43,558 nt of DNA from positions 1 to 43,558 of IMG/VR virus record IMGVR_UViG_3300002461_000156; one strand, 5' to 3'. A program made the translations under genes and the position numbers. The DNA is from a virus. The notes beneath the pieces are model-generated. The model did no database searches. It was not told where the DNA came from and saw only the letters and a list, made by a program, of their open reading frames with translations. Numbering within the stretch: position 1 is the stretch's first letter; each line of letters begins with the position of its first letter. This document shows positions 15,385 to 23,042 of the stretch, piece after piece.

Positions 15385-15529
15385 GTTGAGCCTCTAACTC
15401 GCATTGTAGGAACAGTTGGGTCAGGGCGTCCTTATACCCCTGTCGCGTTGCATCGTTGTCCGCCATGTCGACGGCACCGGCCGCAACGTAAACGAGCCGC
15501 GCAGCGTGCGCTATCTTAGTTTGGTTCAC
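15254..15529 (-). CDS. Hypothetical protein, 91-aa ORF. The N-terminal ~48 aa looks coding. The E/G/R-rich tail is probably an out-of-frame reading of the Lys-rich ORF.
   Basis: GTG 15529 overlaps the DUF4031 stop (GTGA). The tail is low-complexity and has lower GC3. Confidence 0.45.
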   Translation of the reverse strand: MNQTKIAHAARLVYVAAGAVDMADNDATRQGYKDALTQLFLQCELEAQHGKEIEKGGEEGSQVRLREGREEDEGRGNREDGPRLGSPETTG

Positions 15530-15849
15530 TTGAACCCCAGCGCAGCAGCCATTGCGTCCTCTGCGGTTTCGGGGACAGGCATCGGCTGGTTCTTGCGCTT
15601 AAAGAAAACCATGCAGCCGCATTGCCGCATCGTTATTTCCCGCGCCCCCAGCCTAACCGCTTTCGCTCGCATGGTTTTTGTAATGTCGTAGTGGTCACCT
15701 TGGTGCCATTTCCGCAGCACGCCGATCGCGTCTGCCATGGCATGCAGTTCTTCGTCAGTGTCCGCGATCATGTGGCACATGACGTAAGTACGCCCCGGCC
15801 GGTGCTTCGGCTTAAATTCGGCTTCCATGTCATCGACGTAAACTGTCAC
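15526..15849 (-). CDS. DUF4031-like protein, 107 aa.
   Basis: VYVDD...CHMIADTDEELHAMADAIGVLRKWHQGDHYDIT...AKAVRLGA matches the DUF4031 pattern as I recall it. It is GTGA-coupled to the polymerase gene. Confidence 0.65.
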   Translation of the reverse strand: MTVYVDDMEAEFKPKHRPGRTYVMCHMIADTDEELHAMADAIGVLRKWHQGDHYDITKTMRAKAVRLGAREITMRQCGCMVFFKRKNQPMPVPETAEDAMAAALGFK

Positions 15850-17729
15850 TTCGCTTCTCCATATCTGACCGCGAGACCGCCTTCAGCGTCGAGCGGAATG
15901 TTGGGGAGCCACTTCGGAGGCGTCCGCATCTGCTCGATCAGCCAGTTCAGGGTAGACTCCGCGAACTGGTCATCCTTAACAAGCGTAACAGTTTCGTCAT
16001 GCGTACACAATAGGGTTCGAAGTCCGGCAGCGCGTATTTTGTGCATCACGTCCGAGACGTGGATGCGCGCCAGAAACTGGATGATGTTCTCGACCAGCTT
16101 CGCGCCGTACATGCGCCGGTAGCCGTTGCGCGTCAGGGTGCGCCAGCCTTCCTCGCCCGACTTCTCGTCCTTCCACCACTCCAGCGTGTCGTAGTTGAGC
16201 CAGCTTCCGTTCGGGCCGAAGATGCGCCGGGTGCCATTCTCGGCATTGCACTCGACGCGCAGGACGCCCCAGTCGAACGACTGGAAATTGTTCATGCGGA
16301 ATAGATTGTCTTCCGCTTCCTTCCAGTACGCGACCACAAACGGATGCGTGCCGCGGTAGGCATTGCGCCAGCGGTAGCCGGTGCCGAGGTCGATAATAAC
16401 CGGTGGCCCGTAGATGCCAAGGCGCGCGGTATGCACGATCGTCTTCGCGCCCGCGCCATACCCGCAGGACAACTCCAACTGCTTGCCGGTGCCGCGCTCG
16501 GCCACGTCGGCCTTCACGATCTCGCGCCCGTAAGCGACCGAGGCCATACCCAGATACGGGTCTTCCTTGTTCCTGAACTTCTCGATCAGGTCGTCCTGGC
16601 CTGCGACCATATTGAGCATGCGGCACTCGATCTGGGAGGCATCGACCACGGCGAGCAAATGGCCTTCCGGCGCCATGGTCGCGTCCCGGAGCAGGCTGCG
16701 GCGGTCCTTGCGGTGGCGCGGCAGGTTCTGCCAGTTCATCTTGTCGCCGCCGCCCCAGCGCATCGTGTGGGCGTTGCCATAGCCGAGATAGACGCACTGC
16801 GGGCCGCGCATCGCCATGTCGCCCATGCGCTCGGCACGGGTCTGGAGCAGCGTGGACTTCAGGCCGAGCCGCGCCATGGCGAGCGCCTGCACATACTCGT
16901 CCGGGTGCTCGAGCAGTTCTTCCATGAATTCGTCGGTCTTCGCGAACGCATAGATCATCCGCGGTTCGCCGTTCTTGTCGTCTTTGCCCTTCTTCAGCGC
17001 GGGTTCGATGCCGGCCGCGAGCAGCAACTCCGCGAACTGGTCGTTCGAGTTTAGCTGCGCCTTGGTCGCGCCGACCCGCGCCATCGCCTCTTTCTTCCGG
17101 CGGTCCTCGTCATACCAAAGCTGCCCCAGCTTCTCGGGATCGCCGATCAGCACCGGCTCGGTGAACATGCGGATGGTCGTGTCCACGATCGGGTATTCGG
17201 AGGCGGGGAAGGTCTTTGCGAGTTCGTTGAAGATGAACCACAACTTGTCGACGTCATCGAGACAGCCTTCGGCGACGTTGTGCCGGGTGTGCTCGTCCAT
17301 GTCGGACCAGTGTTTGCCTTTGAAGCCCGCGTAGTTGAGCACCTTGTTCGGCAGCCCGTAGTGTTTCGACAAGCTGTCGAGGCTCGCGCTGACGTGGTTG
17401 CCGTGGACCTGGCGGGCCATGCTCAGGGTGTCGAGCCAGAACTTAGGGCGCACGCCAAAATGATGCGAGAGGATCAGCCCGTCGAAGTGCGCGTGGTGGC
17501 ATAGAACGGCGTTACGTTCCGCGCCAAAATCCATTAGCGCAGTGCGCACGCAGTGTTGCGGGTCCAGTGCGTCGTGCAACGGCACCCACTCTTTGCGCCC
17601 GTCCGACCGCCGAAACCCGCACCCGTGCACTTCGAAACGCGGATCCCGGATATAGGCTTCGGTCGTCAGCTTTTTCAGCGTGTAGTCGTCATCGAAGTAA
17701 GTTTCGAAGTCGAGCGCGAGAATGTTCAT
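15846..17729 (-). CDS. Family A DNA polymerase with a 3'-5' exonuclease domain, 627 aa.
   Basis: Exo I is ALDFETY. Pol motif A is VVDASQIECR. Motif B is RGTGKQLELSCGYGAG. Motif C is LCTHDETV. Confidence 0.9.
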   Translation of the reverse strand: MNILALDFETYFDDDYTLKKLTTEAYIRDPRFEVHGCGFRRSDGRKEWVPLHDALDPQHCVRTALMDFGAERNAVLCHHAHFDGLILSHHFGVRPKFWLDTLSMARQVHGNHVSASLDSLSKHYGLPNKVLNYAGFKGKHWSDMDEHTRHNVAEGCLDDVDKLWFIFNELAKTFPASEYPIVDTTIRMFTEPVLIGDPEKLGQLWYDEDRRKKEAMARVGATKAQLNSNDQFAELLLAAGIEPALKKGKDDKNGEPRMIYAFAKTDEFMEELLEHPDEYVQALAMARLGLKSTLLQTRAERMGDMAMRGPQCVYLGYGNAHTMRWGGGDKMNWQNLPRHRKDRRSLLRDATMAPEGHLLAVVDASQIECRMLNMVAGQDDLIEKFRNKEDPYLGMASVAYGREIVKADVAERGTGKQLELSCGYGAGAKTIVHTARLGIYGPPVIIDLGTGYRWRNAYRGTHPFVVAYWKEAEDNLFRMNNFQSFDWGVLRVECNAENGTRRIFGPNGSWLNYDTLEWWKDEKSGEEGWRTLTRNGYRRMYGAKLVENIIQFLARIHVSDVMHKIRAAGLRTLLCTHDETVTLVKDDQFAESTLNWLIEQMRTPPKWLPNIPLDAEGGLAVRYGEAK

Positions 17730-18199
17730 TTGCTAGGTTCGCCAACGGAAGGCGCGTCGAACGCCCGTAAAATAAAGCATGCGATATGCCGGCCGGTGCC
17801 TTTGCCCGCGGACCCATCCTCGATCGCGTGCCAGCGCACATCACCTAAATTGCGGACTTCGGCGTGTTCACCGAGGATCGCGTGCAACAGCATGAGCACC
17901 CATTTGTCGATCGGGTAGACCAGTACGACGGTCTTGCCTTTCTTCCATTCCTCGATCGCCTTGCGCACCCACGCGGTCGCGCCTTTCATTTTCCCTTGGT
18001 GCGGGATCGCGCCGAACGGCGGGTTCACGTAGTTCGATTTACCCCACTCGCAAGTAAGGCCGTCGAAACCGTCCGGTAGCGGGTACGGACATGGATCGAA
18101 GTCGAAATTAAATTCAGCGTGCAAACGCGCGTACAAATCAGCCGGCGTTAGCCAGTAATGCTTGCCGTCTTTACTGTTGCCCGCATGGAACTTGTTCAC
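17726..18199 (-). CDS. DNA N6-adenine methyltransferase (phage Dam-like), 157 aa.
   Basis: The catalytic motif IV is NYVNPPFG (NPPF). The size and layout fit small phage N6-adenine methyltransferases. GTG 18199 overlaps the upstream stop. Confidence 0.7.
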   Translation of the reverse strand: MNKFHAGNSKDGKHYWLTPADLYARLHAEFNFDFDPCPYPLPDGFDGLTCEWGKSNYVNPPFGAIPHQGKMKGATAWVRKAIEEWKKGKTVVLVYPIDKWVLMLLHAILGEHAEVRNLGDVRWHAIEDGSAGKGTGRHIACFILRAFDAPSVGEPSK

Positions 18200-18519
18200 G
18201 GCTTCCCCGCGAGGCTCCCGAATATCTCGGTGATGCGCTGGTCCGCTTCCGTGACCACGGCGTCGACGCGATCGAAGAACTCGGCGTCGGTCTGCACGCG
18301 CATGCGCAGCTTCGAAAAGAAGTCCGTCACTTCGCCCTGCGCGTTGACGAGCCGGTCTGCGAGCAACTTCAGCCGTTCGTTCAGCACGCGCTCTTTGTCT
18401 TCCAGAAACGAAGTTACTTCGGTGAGCGAGATCGGCGTGAAGTGCGTGGACGGAAGCACGGGCTGCGCAGGCTCAGGTGCCCCGCCGCTCTCCACCATGT
18501 CCTGAAACCTACTGCGCAT
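18196..18519 (-). CDS. Hypothetical protein, 107 aa.
   Basis: The ORF track gives the frame. It is coupled to the methyltransferase gene. Confidence 0.65.
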   Translation of the reverse strand: MRSRFQDMVESGGAPEPAQPVLPSTHFTPISLTEVTSFLEDKERVLNERLKLLADRLVNAQGEVTDFFSKLRMRVQTDAEFFDRVDAVVTEADQRITEIFGSLAGKP

Positions 18520-18841
18520 TTTGCTGGTCCCTTACGTGCTGCTCGTCGAGGAATATGCCGATCGCGCGTGCAAGCCCGGAGGCTTCTTCACCGCTCTTTG
18601 GTTTCAGCGCAACTTCCGCTTGGCCCAGCAGGTACTTTGCATCGGTAGCGAACGTGGCGTTCAGGCGCGCATGCTCGGTGGACGCAGTGCGCCAGTATTC
18701 TACACGCCGACGTAAGTCCTTGATCTCCCGGCTGTCGTCACGCCGGGCACCGCGGCGGAACAGCCACAGCAACCCACAGGTGCCGATCGCGCCGAGCATG
18801 ATGCCGAACGCAACGAGAAGCAGCGCTGCCCAGTCGATCAT
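18509..18841 (-). CDS. Hypothetical membrane-anchored protein, 110 aa (N-terminal TM WAALLLVAFGIMLGAIGTCGLLWLF).
   Basis: The ORF track gives the frame. There is one clear hydrophobic segment. It is ATGA-coupled upstream. Confidence 0.65.
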   Translation of the reverse strand: MIDWAALLLVAFGIMLGAIGTCGLLWLFRRGARRDDSREIKDLRRRVEYWRTASTEHARLNATFATDAKYLLGQAEVALKPKSGEEASGLARAIGIFLDEQHVRDQQNAQ

Positions 18842-19020
18842 GACTTCGGCCCGGTTTCGACGAAAGCCTTAAACGTGAGCGTAGGTTTGCCCGCGGCGTT
18901 TTCAGTAATCGAGAACTGGATAAGTACGCCGCCCGCTTTGGCTTCGTCGAGCCGCGCGCACGCCTGTTCTAAAGCGCTACGGGCTTTGTCTATCATCTGG
19001 TCTTGTGCCAACGTGGTCAT
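18838..19020 (-). CDS. Hypothetical protein, 60 aa.
   Basis: The ORF track gives the frame. It is ATGA-coupled on both sides. Confidence 0.6.
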   Translation of the reverse strand: MTTLAQDQMIDKARSALEQACARLDEAKAGGVLIQFSITENAAGKPTLTFKAFVETGPKS

Positions 19021-19196
19021 CTGTACGCTCCGATCTCGAGCAGCGCCGCATGGCGTGCCTCGTTTAATTTCCGCGCGGTCTCGCGCTTATATTTCGACCC
19101 TTTGGGGATTTCAGACATGCGCTTGCGGTACGCCGTGTTGATGCTGCGCTCGGATGCGCGCCTGCGTTCGACGCCTAGCGTTTTCCAGTGGGTCAT
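19017..19196 (-). CDS. 59-aa J-domain-like mini-protein that lacks the HPD motif.
   Basis: It is not in the track and was translated by hand: MTHWKTLGVERRASERSINTAYRKRMSEIPKGSKYKRETARKLNEARHAALLEIGAYR. The LGV..AS...I..AYRK pattern is J-domain helix I/II. ATG 19196 is preceded by GGGAGAGACTGCGCCTTC. Confidence 0.5.
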   Translation of the reverse strand: MTHWKTLGVERRRASERSINTAYRKRMSEIPKGSKYKRETARKLNEARHAALLEIGAYR

Positions 19197-19200
19197 GAAG

Positions 19201-19213
19201 GCGCAGTCTCTCC
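19201..19213 (-). promoter_or_regulatory. Conserved initiation cassette copy: GGAGAGACTGCGC-cttc-ATG.
   Basis: The plus strand reads gcgcagtctctcc, upstream of ATG 19196. Confidence 0.6.
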
Positions 19214-19215
19214 CG

Positions 19216-19482
19216 TTACTTCAGTTTCTTTACCCAGCGGCGAAACCGCTTGTCAAGTGTACCATCCTTATTGACGTAGAAATAGTTGTCTCGTAGCCAG
19301 TAGGTATCTGTCCGGTGCGTGGGCTCGGTAGGAATGTCATCGTTCGGATGCAGGTCCGCGAGCGAGTGCGCCATGCCGGCCCATGTCGGGCGATGCTGCC
19401 CGGTCCAGCGATCGACGAAGAATAGAAGCGCGTCCGCTTTGACGGCCTTGTCGAGCAGCGAGCCGCGGCGAAGTTTAGCCAA
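19216..19482 (-). CDS. Hypothetical protein, 88 aa from TTG 19482. The start is uncertain and ATG 19374 is the conservative alternative.
   Basis: The C-terminal part (DRWTGQHRPTWAGMAHSLADLHPNDDIPTEPTHRTDTYWLRDNYFYVNKDGTLDKRFRRWVKKLK) looks protein-like. The N-terminal 54 aa of the 142-aa ORF overlap the HTH gene and are Arg-rich. Confidence 0.5.
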   Translation of the reverse strand: MAKLRRGSLLDKAVKADALLFFVDRWTGQHRPTWAGMAHSLADLHPNDDIPTEPTHRTDTYWLRDNYFYVNKDGTLDKRFRRWVKKLK

Positions 19483-19708
19483 CGCGCAACCCCCACTGGA
19501 ACGTGCGCGGCTCAAGCCCCCACGCTTTCGCGCACAGGTAGCGGTAGATCGTCCAGTCCTTGCGCGAGATCGGATTGCCTTTCGAAGTGAGGCCGCTTTC
19601 GTAATACTGGATCGTGCGCGGGGAACACGCCAACACTTTTGCAAAATCGGCGCGCGTCATGCCCGCGAACTTCAGGCGCCACCGCTTTGCTTTTTCGTGC
19701 TGCTTCAA
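19475..19708 (-). CDS. XRE-family helix-turn-helix transcriptional regulator, 77 aa.
   Basis: MTRADFAKVLACSPRTIQYYESG is a classic XRE HTH. TTG 19708 overlaps the upstream stop (TTGA). Confidence 0.75.
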   Translation of the reverse strand: MKQHEKAKRWRLKFAGMTRADFAKVLACSPRTIQYYESGLTSKGNPISRKDWTIYRYLCAKAWGLEPRTFQWGLRVG

Positions 19709-19962
19709 AACCGCTCCTGTTTTTCCCAGTTCTTGAACCTGTGCGCCAACTCGTCGAGCGATTTGAATTCGCCCAACTCCAGTATCTGCACGTTCCGATC
19801 GCCTTCGAACTCAACCGTGTTGAACGACCAGCCGTGCTGCGGCCAATGCCATAAGGCTACCGTGCGCACGTTGCCGTGGCGGCGAGGCTTCGGCGTGTCG
19901 TGCAGCCAGATATTCTGGATGCCGTGCTCGGTCGCCAGGTGTGCGAATGTTTCGGGTTTCAC
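19705..19962 (-). CDS. Hypothetical protein, 85 aa from GTG 19962. The ORF is open up to 20196.
   Basis: GTG 19962 has GAAGG upstream and avoids the out-of-frame overlap with the 19985..20269 gene. The start is not secure. Confidence 0.45.
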   Translation of the reverse strand: MKPETFAHLATEHGIQNIWLHDTPKPRRHGNVRTVALWHWPQHGWSFNTVEFEGDRNVQILELGEFKSLDELAHRFKNWEKQERF

Positions 19963-19984
19963 GGGTGCGCCTTCGCTGTGTAGG

Positions 19985-20269
19985 TCATGGGCGGCCCAGC
20001 CCGCACTTACGTCCGATGTACTCGCGAATACGAAACCATAAAGATGGCCTGTACTCTGGCGGTTCAGGCCAAGAATCAAAAAGCGGTTTCTCGAAATCTT
20101 CGCTGTCTTGGCCCGGCAATTTAGGATCGCCGTCATCGTAGCATTCTTGGCAAACCCAAGTGCCATCCGGCAGAACCCGAAGTTCTTCTCGGTCAACGTG
20201 GCCGCAGCACTCAGGCGAGTGTTCGTGGCACAGTGAGCAGATATAATAAATTCTGCTAGGGTTTCTCAT
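19985..20269 (-). CDS. Cys-rich zinc-ribbon-like protein, 94 aa.
   Basis: ATG 20269 overlaps the upstream stop (ATGA). The Cys pattern is CSLCHEHSPECCGH ... WVCQEC. Confidence 0.6.
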   Translation of the reverse strand: MRNPSRIYYICSLCHEHSPECCGHVDREELRVLPDGTWVCQECYDDGDPKLPGQDSEDFEKPLFDSWPEPPEYRPSLWFRIREYIGRKCGLGRP

Positions 20270-20655
20270 TTCCCGCCCTCTGCCGGAGGGGATTTGAGGG
20301 CGCGGATTGCCTTTTCGCATTTGTAAGCGCCCTCAGCGATTTTCCACCCCTTGAATGTGTCGTCAGCCATTCTTTCGGCATCACCAATTATGCGACATTG
20401 CTTCGCCGCTTCCTCTATCCCCTCATTGCGCGCGTCCGCTACGGGGAGCCCTTCGAGCATGTGGCGCACCATGCGCGTAGTCTGGTCGGCGTCGAACAAA
20501 TTGGTGCCTACCGGCCAATCGTGAGCAGCTGGAGCGTGAGCATAATTCGGGCGCTTGTAGCTAACGCCGTTGTCAGGATTCCATGGTTCCGGCAGTCGCC
20601 ACATCAAAAAGCGATCAACCATGTGCTTGATTTGCTGTTCGGTGAGTCCGGCCAT
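20266..20655 (-). CDS. Hypothetical protein, 129 aa.
   Basis: The ORF track gives the frame. GGAG lies 6 nt upstream of ATG 20655. Confidence 0.7.
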   Translation of the reverse strand: MAGLTEQQIKHMVDRFLMWRLPEPWNPDNGVSYKRPNYAHAPAAHDWPVGTNLFDADQTTRMVRHMLEGLPVADARNEGIEEAAKQCRIIGDAERMADDTFKGWKIAEGAYKCEKAIRALKSPPAEGGK

Positions 20656-20658
20656 GTT

Positions 20659-20904
20659 TTACTCCATTCCTTGAAAGCCGCACTGACAATGCCAGCGCAG
20701 ATGAAAGCCAGAAGGATCGCGATGATTGCGAGCGAGACCTAAATTAAGCGCTTCCTCGGTCTGACAAACCGGACATTTTGCGCGAGCCCTGATAATCTTC
20801 TTTTCGACCATGCGCTTTTTCCCGCGCAGCACAGCAGGGATTGCCGCGACGTAGCGTTCCATCCAACCGTTCTCTTTCAATTCAGGATTCATCTTTTCAG
20901 ACAT
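20659..20904 (-). CDS. Small zinc-finger-like protein, 81 aa (CPVC ... CQC).
   Basis: The ORF track gives the frame. AGGAAA lies upstream of ATG 20904. Confidence 0.65.
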   Translation of the reverse strand: MSEKMNPELKENGWMERYVAAIPAVLRGKKRMVEKKIIRARAKCPVCQTEEALNLGLARNHRDPSGFHLRWHCQCGFQGME

Positions 20905-20907
20905 GAT

Positions 20908-21312
20908 CTATTTGTTTCCTGCTTTAGCGAGAGCGGTGCGGCCTGCTACGGGGAGTGCGGCAAGAGCGGCTTCGCGTTCAAACTTAGCGCCAGCGAGAAA
21001 CGCATCCATGATCGCCCAGCCGTGCCAAAGCGGTGCGGGGCCTAAATACTGGTCGGCTCTTTCCACAAGAGTATTGCGGAAGGTATCACCCGCTCGAAGG
21101 TAATCGATTTCAGGAAGGCCGACAGCAGCACGGATTTTCTCTAATCCATCCCGCTCCACCACATCTTCCCCCGCTCTTGCTGCGGGGAGAAGGGCAAGGA
21201 TGGCTTGCAAATCCTTTACGCGAATGGCCGCAACCGTCCATTCGTTAGCTACGCACCTTGCAACTTCTTCTTTTACCCTTGCGATCTCGTCTTCGATTGA
21301 AAGAGGGGTCAT
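20908..21312 (-). CDS. Hypothetical protein, 134 aa.
   Basis: ATG 21312 overlaps the upstream stop (ATGA). The longer ORF reaching 21345 would overlap the upstream gene. Confidence 0.65.
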   Translation of the reverse strand: MTPLSIEDEIARVKEEVARCVANEWTVAAIRVKDLQAILALLPAARAGEDVVERDGLEKIRAAVGLPEIDYLRAGDTFRNTLVERADQYLGPAPLWHGWAIMDAFLAGAKFEREAALAALPVAGRTALAKAGNK

Positions 21313-21545
21313 GGCTTTACCCAAATCGCAGACGCGCGAACCCACTTCTCTGCTTTCGTTTCTTCGTTCCGTATTTTAATACGGTCGCTCCAGCTATTTT
21401 CGACTACCGTGGCCGGGCGCAAACGCCCGTTGAGTATGTATTCGAGCATGGTGCCAGGTGGGTAATGCACCCGCAGGCAGTCCACGATCGCTGCCTCAGC
21501 GGCGTATCGCGCGTTAAGGAGCGATCGAATATCTGACTTCGACAT
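21309..21545 (-). CDS. Hypothetical protein, 78 aa.
   Basis: ATG 21545 is preceded by GGGAGACTGCGAA, the conserved cassette. The 13 extra codons of the track ORF lie in the structured spacer. Confidence 0.7.
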   Translation of the reverse strand: MSKSDIRSLLNARYAAEAAIVDCLRVHYPPGTMLEYILNGRLRPATVVENSWSDRIKIRNEETKAEKWVRASAIWVKP

Positions 21546-21558
21546 TTCGCAGTCTCCC
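21546..21558 (-). promoter_or_regulatory. Conserved initiation cassette copy: GGGAGACTGCGAA-ATG.
   Basis: The plus strand reads ttcgcagtctccc next to cat 21543-45. Confidence 0.7.
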
Positions 21559-21994
21559 GGTAGCAGCCGGCCGGCGCCCTGCAAGGCCGTGCGATGGTCA
21601 CACGGTGCGGTCCCGAAAGCGCCGGCCTTACCCCAAACAAAAGCTGAAACGGATCGCCCTGCATACCGCTTGACCAGGTTAATGCAGAGGGAGGCGTTCG
21701 GCTTCGATCAGGCTCCTGCTACTGGACGCGCTTTACTTTTGGCATCGCGCGCCCCGGATGCCTGCAAAAACCGGCAGGCGCGGTTCGATGGAGGTCATCC
21801 CCATCGCGCGGCACACTTTCGCAAAATGTGTCGGGCGAAAGGGAAGGCGGGGACGGCTGGCGCTAAGATTTAATCCATCTATAGATGGGTTCGAAGGCTC
21901 GCACCGTCCCCGTTTCACGCTGCACAACCGCGACGAAATGCAACGCAAGCAGTACGCTAGAAAATTAAGTTAGCATCCGATGCTACTTAGTCAA
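21546..21994 (-). other. ORF-free, GC-rich structured spacer. It is a candidate ncRNA, RNA-processing region or attenuator region.
   Basis: Only short Arg/Cys-rich ORFs are present. Perfect 9-bp helices are GGCCGGCGC 21569-77 with GCGCCGGCC 21619-27, and CGGGGACGG 21848-56 with CCGTCCCCG 21904-12. Nested hairpins are 21587-91/21601-05, 21760-65/21774-79 and 21875-79/21884-88. Confidence 0.5.
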
Positions 21995-22339
21995 TTAGTA
22001 TTTTGCAGCCTCAGTAAGTAAATCCTCGCCGCGATAGATCGCGGTGTTCAGATCGAGCGGCACCGGCAGCTTGTAGTTTTTAAGCTGGATTTTGTACGAT
22101 TTCAGCAGTGCGTTTGCTTCGCCGAGCGCGTCCGCAAACGCTTCGGCGCGTACCTCGGCGGCGCAGTCAGTCGACACGATGTGGTCGTACTCCGCGCATT
22201 TGTCGCGGTACATGCGCCGCAAGTCTCGTATCTCGTTTGCGAGCCAGCGGCGCTTCGGCCTAAATTTTGGCCCTTGCGCGTTCAGCGCCGCCTGGCGTTG
22301 CCGGGTGCAAGGGGCGTAAACTCTGCGGGTTTTAGCCAT
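21995..22339 (-). CDS. Hypothetical protein, 114 aa.
   Basis: ATG 22339 overlaps the upstream stop (AATGGCTAA). The upstream 67 codons of the track ORF overlap the 22332..22556 gene. Confidence 0.65.
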   Translation of the reverse strand: MAKTRRVYAPCTRQRQAALNAQGPKFRPKRRWLANEIRDLRRMYRDKCAEYDHIVSTDCAAEVRAEAFADALGEANALLKSYKIQLKNYKLPVPLDLNTAIYRGEDLLTEAAKY

Positions 22340-22556
22340 TGAGGTACCCCTTATTGAACAGCGAAGCGTGAAGCAGGTCCGCAGCCTGGTGCGCGGTGGC
22401 ATAGCCGCTCGCAGTCGCGCCGGCTTCCGTCGATACGCGCCACTTACGCTCACGGCCAGCGTAGGAAAGGATAATGTTTCCTTCCCTATGCCGGTAAATG
22501 TATTTCGAAGGGCTCTCGACTTCGAACGCGAGGCCCGCAAGGATCCGGGTTGTCAT
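22332..22556 (-). CDS. Hypothetical protein, 74 aa.
   Basis: ATG 22556 is preceded by GGAGACTGCGACAC. Confidence 0.65.
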   Translation of the reverse strand: MTTRILAGLAFEVESPSKYIYRHREGNIILSYAGRERKWRVSTEAGATASGYATAHQAADLLHASLFNKGYLNG

Positions 22557-22570
22557 GTGTCGCAGTCTCC
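22557..22570 (-). promoter_or_regulatory. Conserved initiation cassette copy: GGAGACTGCGACAC-ATG.
   Basis: The plus strand reads gtgtcgcagtctcc next to cat 22554-56. Confidence 0.7.
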
Positions 22571-22583
22571 TAAAGTTTCCTGG

Positions 22584-23030
22584 TTAGAGCCAAACGTGCT
22601 TAAGCGCATAGCCGCCGTCATTGTCCCAACCGGACTTGTCGGCGTTGCGGCCCTGAAACTTAAACCCGCGCTTACGCATGCTTTTAGCATCCGCGGCAGA
22701 TTTGGCGCGATGGCCTTTCTGGCTCGGGGTGCCAAACCCATCCGGGAACAAATAACGGCCAAGGTTGTAGACGCACTCGAACCCCATATCCGAGCCGCAG
22801 CCGGAAACCTTCACGCCTTCACGCTCAGCCGGCCGCAAGTCGAGGACGCGGCCCATGTGGTAGTCGATGATGCGCCGCTGTTCGCCTTCGATGGTGTAAA
22901 AGCTGATGACGCGGCGCATGCCGGAACGGCTGACGCTGCGGAGAACGCAATAAATCGTCATACCAGGTTTAATGAATTGCCGCAGGTTCTCGATACTTTC
23001 CGCGCGTTCGCGCTCTTTCTTCGTAGTCAT
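22584..23030 (-). CDS. Hypothetical protein, 148 aa.
   Basis: ATG 23030 is preceded by GGAGACTGCGAC. The product looks globular (CGSDMGFECVYNLGRYLF ... GWDNDGGYALKHVWL). Confidence 0.7.
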   Translation of the reverse strand: MTTKKERERAESIENLRQFIKPGMTIYCVLRSVSRSGMRRVISFYTIEGEQRRIIDYHMGRVLDLRPAEREGVKVSGCGSDMGFECVYNLGRYLFPDGFGTPSQKGHRAKSAADAKSMRKRGFKFQGRNADKSGWDNDGGYALKHVWL

Positions 23031-23042
23031 GTCGCAGTCTCC
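23031..23042 (-). promoter_or_regulatory. Conserved initiation cassette copy: GGAGACTGCGAC-ATG.
   Basis: The plus strand reads gtcgcagtctcc next to cat 23028-30. Confidence 0.75.

Noticed and set aside
21733-21948. The 71-aa minus-strand ORF (and the 86-aa ORF 21404..21664) inside the structured spacer.
   Set aside because: Both are Arg/Cys/Pro-rich with no RBS. They overlap the long GC helices. They look like chance ORFs in GC-rich non-coding sequence.
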